Shown here piece by piece: positions 40,001 to 54,392 of a stretch of DNA of 64,000 bases; position 1 is the first letter of the stretch, and each line of letters opens with the position of its first letter. The DNA comes from Azolla caroliniana (lineage: Eukaryota; Plantae; Polypodiophyta): assembly GCA_043228905.1 (NCBI GenBank), contig JBHGNT010000010.1, positions 17,298,001 through 17,362,000 on the forward strand. The letters are read 5' to 3'. The notes below the pieces were generated by a model, which did no database searches, was not told the origin of the DNA, and saw only the letters and a list, made by a program, of their open reading frames with translations. The translations under genes were made by a program, and so were the position numbers.

Positions 40001-42149
40001 ACAAAGACAATGCCCATCTTCTCCCGAGCATTGAATATCCAAAAAATGGTACAAATGCACCTCTGTGACATGTTAACTTTGTTATACAAATGTCCGTGAG
40101 CAATTGACCATGCAACTTTTCAGTTGTTCTCATGTTCTCATTTCAAGGTGCAACTTGCATGAACAAAACAAATGTTTTGCTAGCTTAAGCTAACGTATTT
40201 TGTATTATTATAAAGATTCTTGTTGGAAAAGAAGCATGTTCAAATATCCAAGTGATTACTTGAAATCACAAAGCACAACAATATGTGATTTACATTGTTG
40301 ATTACTATATATATGAGTCATAAATCACCAAAAAGTGTCAACTTGGTGTTGTGTTGGATCACTTCCAAACATTGACATGATCCTATCAACTAAACACTTT
40401 TGTTTGTCTAAAATAAATATTATTGCATGTGTCAATAAGAAGATCCTAAAAAACTTTGAAGAACCCAACACCAATTGTCATCGTTCTCTATTACAAACTC
40501 TCCAAATGTAATAAAAGACAAAACATAGTGTGTATCAATGCTATCACTTGTGAGAATGATATGAATATGTCTTTCTTTTGAATGACCTCCACTTAGACCA
40601 TCGGCCTACAACCAACAAATCCCTTCATGCTTGCATGCAAGTAATGAAGATGCTAAGAAAGGGGGCTTCAAATATTTTATGAACATGTGCTACACTACAA
40701 GAATTAACTTCCAATATGTTTGACATCGATTGAAAAGCTTTTGATATGTGGCAAACGATCTTCGTGGGATTTCATACATTTTGGTGTTTTGCGAATAAAA
40801 AAGTCAAACATCAAATAATTGAGCAAATTTAGGATCACAAAGAATGAATGTGATGGTCAAATGTAAAAATAACAAGGATGATTAAGAAATACAAAGATTG
40901 AGGCTAACAGTTAGACATTAAGTAATAGGGCAAATTAAGAAATAAGAAGATTAAGGTTGATACTCGATCATCGAATAACAAAACAAATTTAGAAAATAGA
41001 AAGACCGAGGCAAAGCTAACATAGAGGTACAATGTGTCATTATGAGTGTAATGGTAATTAAAATTTGGTGCAATTTGTTGTTATGAATATAGTAAATAAC
41101 TATAGAACATAGCTCTTTAAACATGTGTTATATATGAGAGGGGACACATGCAAACTATCACAATATTTACCAAGACAATGTATCAAGCAAAATGGGGGAT
41201 GATTATACAATGACATCACAATTGGGAATAAGAGTGAGTCAAGGATGACAAACATTTGAAGACATGGTTTATAAAGACATGTGTAAGTATGTAAAGAAGT
41301 TAGGATCAATCCAATAAGTGTGGACGGATAGCAGGTTATCTAAAATATGCACCTCATTCAATGTGAAAGTATCGTCTCCCATTCATAAATTGGATGGTAG
41401 ACTTAAACACCCACACATGTCCCAAGAAGCATGTAACTTGGTATGTAATTGTATTTTTTATAAATAAAATTTGGAAACCCGTCTAATACTTTTGAAAGTA
41501 ACTACAACCCCAATGCATTTCTAGAATATGGAAAGTATTCACTCGAGATTGCATTGGAAGGCGTTCAGTACACTAGGCACATGATGGGGTTCGAAGTAAC
41601 ATCTTGCAAAGTATACACAAGTATCGAGAATAGATACAATAATCAACTCCACACACACACACACACACACACACATGCAAACGACGTGAAAATGCTTCGA
41701 ATTGGGCCTACAGATAAATGGATGACAAAACAGAATATAATTATCCATTTGTCGAATCCATTCCCTCCCAGACTCTCATGACTATCTCTTATATCATCCT
41801 TATCTAGTGGCCGACCAATTCATCGATGCTATCTATCTACTAATCGGATATCGAAGCCCGTGTGGGTGTAGTGGCCCTTCCCACTCTATTTGTCTCTCAC
41901 GATTCGTCCTATCGTCCTTGTTACCGAGTCTCCTGTCAGGTTCATCTATTTCTTTTTGTCTCTGTCTTCTATCATATCTTGGCTGTCCGCCCATATGTAT
42001 GTATGTTCGAGGAGCCTGTCTCCCTCTTAGGAAATGTGGCAACCTCATGGAGTCCCTTGACTTGGCTTGACTTGACTTTGGCCCTTGATCTCTCCTTGTG
42101 AGAGGCCATTTTTGAGACTATGAATAGCGACATTTTTTTGCTTATACAC

Positions 42150-42183
42150 ACATACATATACATATACATATGCACATACATAC

Positions 42184-42223
<40 letters not shown>

Positions 42224-42226
42224 TGT

Positions 42227-42261
<35 letters not shown>

Positions 42262-42282
42262 TGTTATACATATACATATAAT
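42150..42282. repeat. (TACATA)n / (TACA)n microsatellite upstream of the MTP gene
   Basis: Direct reading of the sequence. Confidence 0.9.
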
Positions 42283-42594
42283 ATACATCTATAATTTTCT
42301 TGAATGGAAAGTGAGAGGAGGCACAGAAAGAAAGAGAGACAGAGACAGAGAGACAAAGTGACAGATTGTCAGAGATGAGAAATGATGTGTGAGAGCTATC
42401 TATGGCCATCTCGATCCTACTGGAGCCCATCACCCACCTCACTCTGTCAACCCGGGACGGAAGGGAGGGAAAGAATTACTGAGAGAGAGAGAGAGAGAGA
42501 GAAGAATCCATTCATGGAAACAGAGGGGCTAAGGAACAGAAGACCACGAAGTTAGACATAGATTGGTGAAGGAAGAAGACAGAAGAGGTTTATT

Positions 42595-42674
<80 letters not shown>

Positions 42675-42705
42675 AGAAGAAGAAAAGGAAGAGGAAGACA
42701 GGGTT

Positions 42706-42736
<31 letters not shown>

Positions 42737-42740
<4 letters not shown>

Positions 42741-45700
42741 GCGATCGTCATGTTGATATTGTTACTCCGCTCCTTGATGATTTTCGTGTGAATGCTGACA
42801 TGTGTAGTAGCAGCAGCAGCAATGCCACAGTCACCATCACGAGTAGAGCTGCAGGAACTTCCACGAATTCGAGCTCCGTAGTTTCAGTGGAAGAGCATCA
42901 TGCCATCCCCAACCTCTCAGGTCGATGCCAAGTCAAACTCCAAAGCAACTTTGGGAAATGGATCGCCCTTTTCGATGACTCCAATGAAACCCATTCTCAA
43001 GGTAATCTTTGCCTGCCTATTTGTGATTTAGCCCTATTGAAATGTGACTGCCTACCTCTCCAAATTATAACCAAATGTTTTTGATTGTTACTTTCTGCGT
43101 TTGTTTCCCATACATTCTTGTGTAGCTTAATCATGCATGCGTCAAATCGTATCCACACATGTTAAAACCTCTCCTTTACTTTTTTTTTTTTCTTTTTTTC
43201 TTATGGAGTCTTGTGGCCTAAATTATACATCCGTCAATGCCTCCATTTAGCCAATTTTTTCATGGTTTTTCTATCGATTCAAACCATTAACCAATCTCAT
43301 AGATGTTAATAAAGCAAGGTATACCCTCTAAGTCCTTATTTCACATTTGTTCCCATGGATCCTCGTAGCCTCACTAACCAAATCATCAGTCCTCTATTAC
43401 ACAGATGATAAATCATATATTCGTAATTGATGGGTTAAGGAACCTTTGTTTTTCATTTTCATAATAACGTCGGAACTTCTAAGAATGGTTTGTTTTCAAA
43501 TAATCTGTATTCATCAAGTCATCCATTTTGCAAGTGTGTGATCTACTTGCAAACAATTTGATCCCTGAACAAATTGGGTTTCATAATCATGCAACTGATA
43601 TTCTTGTATAACGTATTGCACCCCATGGATATATGATACATCTTACAAGCGATTGTTGGAAACATGTATTTAAAGTACCTTACCCAAGGCTATTAAAATG
43701 ATCAGTAGATTTACGTTGAAGTATGTTTGTATTCTATATTAGCAGAGTTAAGAGAACACAATTTCTCTCAAAATAAATTCGAAACTTCCTTTCTTCTCCT
43801 TTCCCTATCAGCAGTGTCTTTGTGATTTGGTTGTACGGATCTTTTTTTTAGAATTGTGGTTTCCGCACAGCTAAACAAGAGTATAACCGGAGGCAGAAAG
43901 CAGTTATAGAAACCTTCAAGGAGGTGGATGGCTTTGATTTTGGTAACCCAAGCTCAAGTGAAAAGGAATCTCAAAGCGATAAGGATTCCAGGGAAAATTT
44001 GGCCATTAATTTGTCCAATATTGCAAATGTATTTCTTTTGATTTTGAAGGTACTACTTTCTGGCTCTTTTTACCATATTAAGTGCAATTGGGTGTTTTTA
44101 CTGTGGTATAAATCCTCACGCTGGACATTGAAATTTGAGTTATACTTTATATATGGTAGAGATCATGAGCTTTGCCATCAGATATGATGTGGATATTCTT
44201 TACTGATGCAGGTGTATGCTTGTATACGAAGTGAATCAATAGCAATAATCGCCTCCACGCTTGATTCTTTATTGGACCTGATTGCAGGTGCTATCCTTTG
44301 GTTCACAAGATATACGATGAGCAAACATGATGTCTACAATTTCCCTATAGGGAAATCCAGAATTCAACCAGTTGGGATAGTGATCTTTGCTGCAATTATG
44401 GCCACACTAGGTGTGTGCATACATAAATGATGCCTTATTCTAGAAAAGCTAAATTTTATGCCATTCATATTGATTATCAAATAATCTGTTCATATAATGA
44501 ACAATGGAACTAAATTCATTGTTTAGTTATGGTTTCCTTCAGTTCTTATTGGGTGACAGGGTTGCTGAATCATTACTTTCTTATTTTGATAGTTTGGCGA
44601 TCTTTTTATTATTTATAATTTTTGTTGATAATGTGAATTTCTGAATCTTGAAATCGTAAAGAAGTTTAGTTGCTCAAACTAATGGCCAGAATGCAATAGT
44701 TAAATGTGTAGATATAATTTCATGTGCGATTCATTTTCCAATGTATTTTGACCATTTATACACCTCTAATTCACAGGGGTCCAAGTTCTAATTGAGGCTG
44801 TAAGCCAGCTCTTGCAGCATGGCACTTCTAATAAACTGAGCAATTCGGAACTTGTATGGTTGTGCAGCATAATGGGTGTAGCTACGTTTCTCAAAATTGG
44901 TCTCTTTCTGTATTGTCGAACTTTTGATAATGAAATTGTCCAAGCGTATAGCCAGGTATGACATTCTTGGATGTATTTTATGCGCAATATGTTTGACAGT
45001 CACTAATGCTAGGCCTGTATTTTCATCAGAAGTATTGAGAGATGCTATAATTCAGTTCATTAGTAAATATGGTTATGCATAGTATTTTCTGGTTGAATCT
45101 GTTCTATTTATCACCTATAGGAACACTAAAGCTACTGTAAATTAAAGCTCTTGGCTGCATTTTAAGCTCAAGACATTCAAGAACAATCACTGTATTGCAT
45201 TGCTATCCCAACAACCAAGGGCACTGACGTTAGTATCTTATTTGAGTGTGCTCCATTTGTTTCATCTGACAACTATTTTGAACATCCATACTGAATTCTG
45301 AAACTAAGTAATTGTGATCATTTAACAATGTTTTAAAATATAAAAATTAACCTCAGCCAAATAGTAAAATAGACCTTTGAGCAGTTGTTGAGAACAGAAT
45401 AGCACATATAAGAGAATCTACTGCTGTTTTGTGGATTTCTGGAAGGCCTTTAAATCTATGTACTTTATTCTTACAATGTCACATATCTGTATCATATCAT
45501 GATTGATTGATTATGATGAAGTCAAATCTATTCTTGCATTTTGTGATTTATATGCTTTGTGTAATCAATGATAAACCTTGAAGTGTTGATCTACTTTCAA
45601 AACTTTAAAAAAGTACTTCTGTCTAAATGTTCCAGAAATTGTCCAAACATTTCAAAACTTTATGTTGTAAAATCTTTAACCACCTCTTGTTTTGTTTTCT

Positions 45701-47561
45701 ATCGGTCTAGCAGCTGGTTGATTCAAGATCTCACTTTGGGTCATTGTCACATGGGAATTTTGTTCAGTTTCAACTCGTTGCTGGGTGTTCTGCCTCATTC
45801 CAGACATGGCTGCTGCATAAGAGTTGTCCCTGATGGGAATCCATTGCCATGGATGTTGAATGCATTTTTGTTCCATTCAAGGCTTGCATGTGAACAACCT
45901 TCTTCCAACTCAAAAACATAATGTTCACAATTCCACACATCTTTAATCATGATTTTGGCTCCTTAATCCACCGTATATCTCGAGCCATCTCTGCTTTTAC
46001 TTGGAGTGAACCTTTTGGAATGTCTACAAAGGTGGTGGCCCATTATTAAGCTACGGATTCTTTAATGCGCAAATCTTAGTTTTCTTGGACTTTTGATGTC
46101 CTTTCTCCGTTAAAGTGAAGGCCTGAATAATCGTGTTTGTTTTATGACTATATATCCATGTCTCCAATATGATAATGTCTGTTTTTGTACCCTTGTTTAC
46201 TTATGAACAAGAGTAGCCTTCACTATGACAGATTTCAATAATATGGCCCGCGGCCCAGATGCCTAGTTTGGGAGTGTAGCTTATATCAAATATGACAATG
46301 ATTATCCATATTATGTGGTTTAGCAAAGAGGTCTATTGCTTTAGCTACATGCTGCCACTTGATAATAAAGTAGCTTTCTGCAAAAAATCTAACATATTAG
46401 AATTCATGTATGCTCTCGGAATTGCAGCTACATTTTCTACAGATCTAATGATGTATTTTAAGAATGGTATTTCTTCGTTTGTGTATTGCAGGATCATTCT
46501 TTTGATGTTCTGACCAATGTTGTAGGCCTAGCGGCTGCTTTATTGGCGAATTGGTATTGCTGGTGGATTGATCCTGTAGGAGCCATTCTTCTCTCAGTAT
46601 ATACTATCATAAATTGGTCCAAAACGGTTCTTGAGAATGCTGGTATTGTGTATTTTTTTTTCATGAATTACTAATATTCAGTTTTACTATTTGGAGTTAT
46701 TTATTTATTTGACTGTCTGCTGATTTACTCTGCCAGTGTCCCTCATTGGAAAGGGTGCACCCCCCGAGATGATTCAAAAACTGACATACATGGCCCTTTG
46801 CCATAGTGCTAAAATTGAACGTATTGATACTGTTCGTGCCTATACCTTTGGAACACGATACTTTGTTGAGGTTTGTTCCGATAATAGTGTAAAATAATCC
46901 TATAAATTCATTTATAATGAACATTTTAGTTTCACCTAAAATTTCAAGTCTAGCTAGCCACCATTAGATTTTCAACCTCGTAGTACTTACCAGAATTACA
47001 ACAGTATACCTCTACTACGATATAGAGGCTTATTTTTTATTTGAATTAGGAGGATGATCTTTCAAGACTTCCTGTGCTATGCTTTTCAAAGGGTTGTATC
47101 GAACGGTCAAAAGCATAATCATGAGGGGGTCAGTCAGGTTGTAACTTGTCTCAACTTAGAGACTTCATTTGTATTAATAACTCAGGTTCTAAAGTCGTGT
47201 AGGGCAACATATCAGCACTTGTTAATGGTAATGGAAAGATTGGGTGTGAATTTCAATACTAATATATCGAAAGGAATTAATCCATCGCAGGTCCTGTCTA
47301 TTGTAGCATGGGATGATATGAGTTAAGATTTGGGGATGAAGTGTTATATTACACCCTATTTGATATTTGTAGTATGTGAAGTTTCTGCGGAATTGTTTGC
47401 AGGTGGATATAGAACTACCTGAGGAAATGGTATTGAAGGAGGCACACGATATTGGGCAGGCTCTCCAAGATAAGTTTGAGTGCCTCCCGGAGGTTGAACG
47501 AGCCTTTGTTCATCTCGATCATGAATCAAGACATAAGCCCGAACATTCTTCTCAGCATTGA
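42737..47561 (+). CDS. Metal tolerance protein, Mn-CDF group (MTP8-like cation diffusion facilitator)
   Basis: Exons 42737-43001, 43871-44049, 44212-44410, 44777-44955, 46492-46642, 46737-46870 and 47403-47561 are all GT-AG and in phase. Motifs: ASTLDSLLD (DxxxD), [45 protein letters not shown]. Confidence 0.95.
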
Positions 47562-48531
47562 ACTGTTTGTTTCAATCCAGAAAACTTATGTATCCCCAGG
47601 TATTTTTCAATCTGAAACACATTGGAAAAATTCTTCTTTGCAATCATGACATGTATGAAATGATAAGAGAGGAAGAAAAAGAAGATGGGCACGTTTGACC
47701 ACCCTTTCTACCCCTCCTCTTTTGTTGCACATTGAGTACCATTCTGATTAATTTGCCATTTAAAAATTTTCAGGGAAGTAGTTAGTACAACAGGAAAAAA
47801 GGGACTAGAGGTCTCATTTTGCTATGGAAGAATATGGCAGTAAGGAAGTTTCTGGAGACTCGCAAATTCTCCTTATTGAAAAGAACACCACCAAAAGTAG
47901 AGCTTCAATTGTTGTTATCAACATCTTATCATTTGTATTTGTAGAAAACTATAGATGTGAAAAAAATAAAAATAAATAAAGGGCTGTCTATTTATGACTT
48001 TGATTTGGGTATATTTGGAGATTGTGAGTTCAATTGCGAGTTATATTTTTCTCTAAAATCTCAACATTTAAGCTACACTTAGGGTTGTCTTATAGGATTA
48101 TGTCTAGTTTTTATTTGACCAAACTACATACATCTATTCTTGCCATCTTGAATCATTTCCTCATTCATGTCATATGCTTTAATGACACCGAGCTACAAAG
48201 GAATCTCCCTTCTCTTTTGCATGCTAGAGTGGGACAATTCATGAACCCCTCTCACCAAAAATCTTGAACATTGAGGATTGTAAACCCAACTTCCTATTTG
48301 ATGGCATCCAAACGAAGGAAAATTTGAAATTATTTTAGCCTTGGCAGTCATCTTTGGAGTTACATTGTATATGTTGTGCTTGTTTTGGTTTCGGGTCTTG
48401 ATAGCCTTATGTCCTTTATCCCATTTTCTTCTTTGCTTCTAGTTTTAAATTTCTACATCGGGCAAGACTTGTTTCATGAATATTTTTAGCTGTGGTTCTC
48501 TTCACTTAGCTAAGGTATATGGCAACATTCA

Positions 48532-48794
48532 AATTTTAAGTGCATTGGTTCTACTCATGGCATCAAACTCAACTAATTATGCTAACATGTGATGACCATA
48601 TCAATAGGTTAGCTTACGTGCCTAGTGATAAAACTCGGGAATCAATGGAGAATCTTGCTAATGCCCCAAATCTTGTAGTAGGATTCCATCTAGATGATAA
48701 GGTATATAATCTAACCACTTGAGAAGGTAGTCACATGTTAGCGTAATTAGTTGAGTTTGATGCCATGAGTAGACCCAATGTGCACCTTAGAATT
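48532..48794. mobile_element. Foldback/MITE-like element with ~55-60-bp inverted arms
   Basis: TGCATTGGTTCTACTCATGGCATCAAACTCAACTAATTATGCTAACATGTGA (48541-48592) is the near-perfect reverse complement of 48731-48784. Confidence 0.75.
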
Positions 48795-50334
48795 GGGCCA
48801 TTAGCAAGATAGAATCCTTAGAATTGTGTACCTTAGAATTTAATCATCACATTATTATCGAGACATGATTATTGTAATATATATATATATATAGTATTGT
48901 AGAGGTTCACATTATTGTGGCACTACATTATTAATTATCATTACACATTATGTGATAGCTACACATGATCATTAAGTGGTAAGTGTGCATCAACAACTAG
49001 GTGGTGAACATGCATATGACTAGGAGTACTATATACATGGAATATCTTAATGACATCAAACCATTCAAATTCAATGCAATCGTTGACATAATCTTGTGCC
49101 TCTTGTTCTTCTTATCTATAATGGAATTCATTTGAGTTATTTTACTTCATTAATCTAGTATTGTTTTGGCTTTAATTCTCAACACACTCATTTTAATATA
49201 ACTCACATGTTTCTTGTTGGCTAACAAATGTCATAACTATTAGAATTTTCGAGAAGATTCCTTGAATAAAAGGTATTCTAGTTCAAATTATTAAGGCTGA
49301 AGCCAAAAATAATATTGCAAATACATAAAATTGAAATTACTTTTTGGTGTCTTGGTTCTGTTTATATTGTAGAAACTAACATTGTGTGACGCTTTCAATT
49401 AAGGCTTGAATAAGCATACGAATTATACCCGGAAGCGACCTACCATGTCATGATCATGACTTCCTTAAGAGACAGTATGTAGGGACATTTGATGAGAAGA
49501 AGATTTATTTAAAGAATAAGAAGTCGTTAGTCTCATCTAGATAAAACAATATGCAATACGATTACTTAAGCCACTAGGAATCTTTTTCAAATTGATTGGT
49601 GAGTCTCCTTTGTGTGTGTTTGTCTTTATATGTAGATAATAAGAAATATTGACATTTCAACACTGCGTACTAGTAAGCATATTCAAGGAATATGCCTAAA
49701 TAATTACAAGAAAGTTTGTTGGCTTCACTCATGTACACATTAAAGGAATGGAAATCTATGTGTAAAGAATTGAAGAAAACCTCATCCATTTCTATTCAAA
49801 CCACTCATCTTTTAGAAGGGTGCATTGTCTGGTTTGAAACTTTGCTTTAAACATTTATTGGCACGACCAAGTTATTAGTTTTAAAATCATGCTTAATTGC
49901 ATAGAAATGAAATAGAATAATTAGGGACTACTCACATACTTTAATGTGGGATATATGAATTGGGCACACTAAAGATCACATGGTTTAATTTGAAGCATTA
50001 TAAGTTCAATACCCCATTACATGCGATAATCATACAATCTTTGAAACATTAGAAATTTAATATAGAGTAAACATAGGCTTGTAATTGTTAATTTGAGTTA
50101 GAGGAGGAAAATTGAAGTATTGCTTTTTAATACTCTCATTTTATACTAGGGAGAAAAAACCACAATTTTCAATTTTGTTGACTATACATATACCGGGAGA
50201 GCCCAAAGCGTAAAAAGAAGGTGCAAAATAAAGGGTTTAAGGTTTGTAGTGGCTCATTGTCTCCCCAGATGGCCTCTTGTGTGTCAGTTGAGGAATCCAA
50301 CGTATGCGAAGAGTGGAGCGTGGATACAAGGATT

Positions 50335-50590
50335 TGGCAACGGTTCGGTTTCGGCTTTTTAAAAAAAAAACAACAAAGAGGATCATCCAAATGTGTCCAA
50401 ATCTATTCAAAATATCGTGATCGGGAAGGGTTAACCCAAGCCGATTTACTAATAAGATGACCCGGTTTGGCCTTGTCCAAATGAAACTGGTTAAACCTTA
50501 ACCGAACCGGGGGTTTTCAAACTTGAACCGAACCGATACCCAAACCGGGTCGGTTCGGCTTGAGCAATTGCCGAACCGAGCTCAAACCAG
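50335..50590. repeat. Cluster of AACCG/CGGTT motifs, resembling DNA-transposon subterminal repeats
   Basis: More than 10 AACCG/CGGTT or close variants in both orientations within ~250 bp. Confidence 0.55.
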
Positions 50591-50614
50591 TTATAAGGAA
50601 GGTGAAGCCGACCT

Positions 50615-50745
50615 TACTATGGGCGGCCGCCCAAGTGTGAAACCGCCCATTTTTAAAGGCGGTTATCCAAGCCCCAAGTTACTATACATTCATATATATA
50701 CTTTCTCTCTGACTGTCTGTCTGTCTGTCTGCGTTTCTCGTGTCG
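50615..50745 (+). promoter_or_regulatory. Putative Pol II core promoter (GC boxes, TATA-like, Y-patch)
   Basis: GGGCGGCCGCCC and AACCGCCC motifs, TATATATA at ~50693 and a CT-rich tract, followed by a strong donor GAG|GTAAGG at 50841/50842. Confidence 0.55.
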
Positions 50746-53700
50746 ATGATGGTTCCATGGCTTCTGCAGACGTAACGAAGCTAAGCGAGGCTTCCATAAT
50801 TCCTCCTCAGATCTCACGCTCGGTTTTCTTTTCTTTTCGAGGTAAGGATTTCTTCCCTGAAATTTTTCTTCCATGACTTCCTTTTTGTAAGTATCAGATC
50901 TCGTCTTTTCTAACCCCCCTTCCTTAATTGCTTCCTTTTTTCCCTCTCCTCTCCTCTCCTCTCCTCTCCTTTTTCTTTCTGTGTCGGCTGTGCTTTTTTT
51001 TTGTGTCAATTCTCAGTCTATATTTGTAGCGAAGTCCTAGTTTCCATCGAGATCATTTAGATTTATCGCTTACGACATATATCTGCAGCCATTGCTTAGT
51101 GCTTGTTAGCCGTATAGTCATGGACACTCGCACAACATTTTTTTATGAAATTGTTCATGTTTTTGATGATAATGTTTGTTGGTGGGGTATTTTTTTATAC
51201 ACCACCATAGTCTTGAAAGCATCATTCATTTTTGTAACTTTTGTTCAGATTAAAAAGATTAATATTCCACTTAGTCTTGACACAGTTCCCTTGAGTCAAT
51301 AATCACCTGGAAATGAATAAATGAATTGTGAATCTCTTTCCATTCTTAGTTTGTCTTTTTTGTCCTCTCTAATGTTCCAGGCATTACCTTCTCGTAGTGT
51401 CCAAATTGTACTTTGCTGTGTCATTATGATGAAATATTCTTATATGTGAATTTGTTGCAGGTCTGATTGAAAGGCATGGCTGCAAGTGCTCTCTTCTGCC
51501 TGATGTAGTAAGGAATTCAATTCCTTGTGGATGTCTTCAAGTTTGACCTTTCTCCTCAGTCTATAGGTGATGATATGATCCTTCCCCTATGGGTGCGCTC
51601 ACGGGGTGGATCACCAAGCAATAAAAAGAGTAACTATTTTTCTTTTGGGGAGAGGGGATCTACCTTCTCCCCGTGGGTTGTCTCTGTTTACTCGAGTGCA
51701 TGCTGTGGGTGTCATTGAATTTTATTAGTATAGTAGTGAAAAAAACAAATCGTTACTAACCATAACCTAAACATGTGGGATAACTAACTGCCACGAACAA
51801 CTAACTCATATGTGGACGTAAAACAAAAATGGGACCGACAATGGAGGACGATCAATAATTTTTGCCGATTATAAGTCAAGGGGGAGCATCAGGGGATATT
51901 GCATGCAATTTACTGATGAACATGGTTGTAAACCTAACATAGACGACAAACGAAAAGTAATTAACAAGGCAACGGGATCTAACTGGTGACTGAAAGTAAA
52001 TGAATGTCAAAGACTGAACCAAGTAAACAAGAACGTTTAACATTCTGAAATGAAACTGAAATGACATAATATTAGTATTAATTAATTGGAGATGAAAAAC
52101 CTAATTTGGAGGAGAGGATGTTATTTAAGCGCTAGCTGAATATTAAGAGTGAGGGCACGTCCAGTAATTTTGGCAAATGCCATTGATTTCATGCATGTAT
52201 TGAAGAATGTGTTGCTCTGCTTATTCCTTACCATTGTGGAGAATGGTTATCGATATTGCCCATCAAATGGTGATTCAAGTCATAAAATTCATTGACTGAT
52301 CACTGTAACGCAAAATCTTTTGTTATAGAATTTGCTGAACTAAAACTTTGCTGAACTAAAACTAATCGACTAACACAGGGAAACAGTAGGTCAGATTCAG
52401 TGTACTAGTGGTTAGTCAAAATGTATTTAAAAACATGCACTCATTTCATTTATCTTCTGATTTTGTTGTTTTGTCATTTGGGAATATTAGCGTCTGAGAT
52501 AACATTCAATATAATGAGATGCTAGTATGTTAGAATTTGTGTTTATTTAATGTAAGTTCTGCTTTATGTAATTTAATACAAATACATTGCCGATCTAATT
52601 ATCAAGTGTAATAAACCAAACCCCTAGTCTTAAACCTGAATATTTGTTTTATGTCTTTAATTGTGTGATGAGCCTTTTGAACAAACTTCTATTATCAAAT
52701 TTCTATATTAATAACAGATAGATCAGAATGCGTTCTCCAGTTGGGATTGTGCAGAATGTATCTCCAGGTTGGGTTCATGTTGGTATCATGGTAAGCAAGG
52801 CATGTGTTTTAAAATACACGCAAGTCTTTTGAGCATGTCAATAAGAAATATAACTCTGGTTTAAGATATGTGCTGTAAGACGGGTTGACAGTCTTCTAGA
52901 TTTTGTAAACAATACTAACAGTGTAATATGCAATAGAGTTCCAAGGGTTAAAATTGTAATGCTATTTGAGATTTGAGATACTTTTGGAAATGGTTTGAGA
53001 AGATCATTTGAACAGCAAATTTATGGTAACGTTGAAGATCTGGGAATTCTTTTTTTGATAAGATTAATCTTATTAATTAAAGGTTAACCTTCTTTTTATG
53101 TATGGCCATTTCTCGGAGTACTTTCTCAGGCATAGGCGCTCATCTTTCACCACGTCCTTGAAACAGTATCATCGTTGTATAAGCACATTTGCCTTCAAAG
53201 AGTGTATTTTCTTTGTTCTTAACATATCCGATCATTATATTTTTGTTTACAAATGATGCTTTTGCTGTAGGGTAGTGTTTTGAAACTTGCACACTACATA
53301 CATATTGCAAAGGATTATGAGTATGAACATTATAAAAGCTGTCAATTGTTTCTCTCATTGATGGGTTTGAATGTATAAAAGTATCCTTTGAATTGTCCAA
53401 GAAACTTTCTTTTGCAATGTTTTAATCTAACATGCCCTAATCATTAGTAATTGGAAACACATGCAATAGGTAATTAAACGTCTATAGCTTTATAGAACAC
53501 AGTAAAGATATTGCAAAACATTAATGTTCAGTGTCTGGGTGATAGTGTCATTGTGAAGGCCACCATGCGATGAAGAGTTGAGCAATGTCTATTGATGGAA
53601 AGTATAAACAAGCAGTGGCGTTTCATAACCTATGGCAACTTGATGGTTGCTACTTGATGGTCAACAAAGGTTTATCCCATTGAACAAACAGGAAGAAAGG

Positions 53701-54392
53701 TAATGGTTTGGTCACGAGACTACAACCATTGGTGAATATTTTGTTTCCGAAGAATATTCATGGAATGCTTGTAATTGACCAATTGTTTGAATTGATTGGT
53801 TTGGGGGTATATCCCTCATTCCATGGATTTCTCGTTTTGTTATAATACACAACAAAATAAGATTTTGTTCATGGCGACAGACAGATGTCTCTGCCTCATT
53901 GCGGGTATCTAAGATGTAGGATTTTGTGGAATGGAAAATTTGTAAATATGATTCTGTAAGTCTCAAAAATTTCTCTAATATAGTATTTTTTGTAACATGG
54001 AAAATTAGTCTCAAGAATTGCTCTATCTAGTTTTTTACAGTACGTTTATGATTTGACTGTAACTCAGTTTGAGTCATAGCTATAAGGTGTGTATATTATC
54101 ATTGGTTGATTTAGATGTCTAAAATAGACATTGTATTACAGTAAACTGTGTATCACTTTTCATTTTTCTATATAAAACAGTGATCACATGAGCGTCAGGT
54201 TCTTTGCACTGAATATGTTAGGATCATGCATTTGATCTATGTAACTGTAACATTTGGATTAGGTAAGCATGGCAATGTCTCTATTGTATTTCCTTTATAC
54301 ACTCATTTGCTTACCTTTTAGGATCTTTGATTTGAGAGTGTACATCCAAACTAATGTCCTCCTGTTGGCCTAGGGAGGCATGTCAATCTCTT

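Noticed and set aside
37100-41500. Hidden gene in the long AT-rich intergenic region
   Set aside because: No coherent ORFs or splice chain; probably old TE debris that I cannot classify by eye.
41972-42736. ORFs with ICIC/YVYV/ERER runs (41972-42442, 42045-42257, N-terminus of 42563-43084; also 18693-18905)
   Set aside because: These are translations of microsatellites.
51485-51500. miR156/529-like site GTGCTCTCTTCTGCC
   Set aside because: It is four bases shorter than the canonical site and mismatched at the seed-pairing end.
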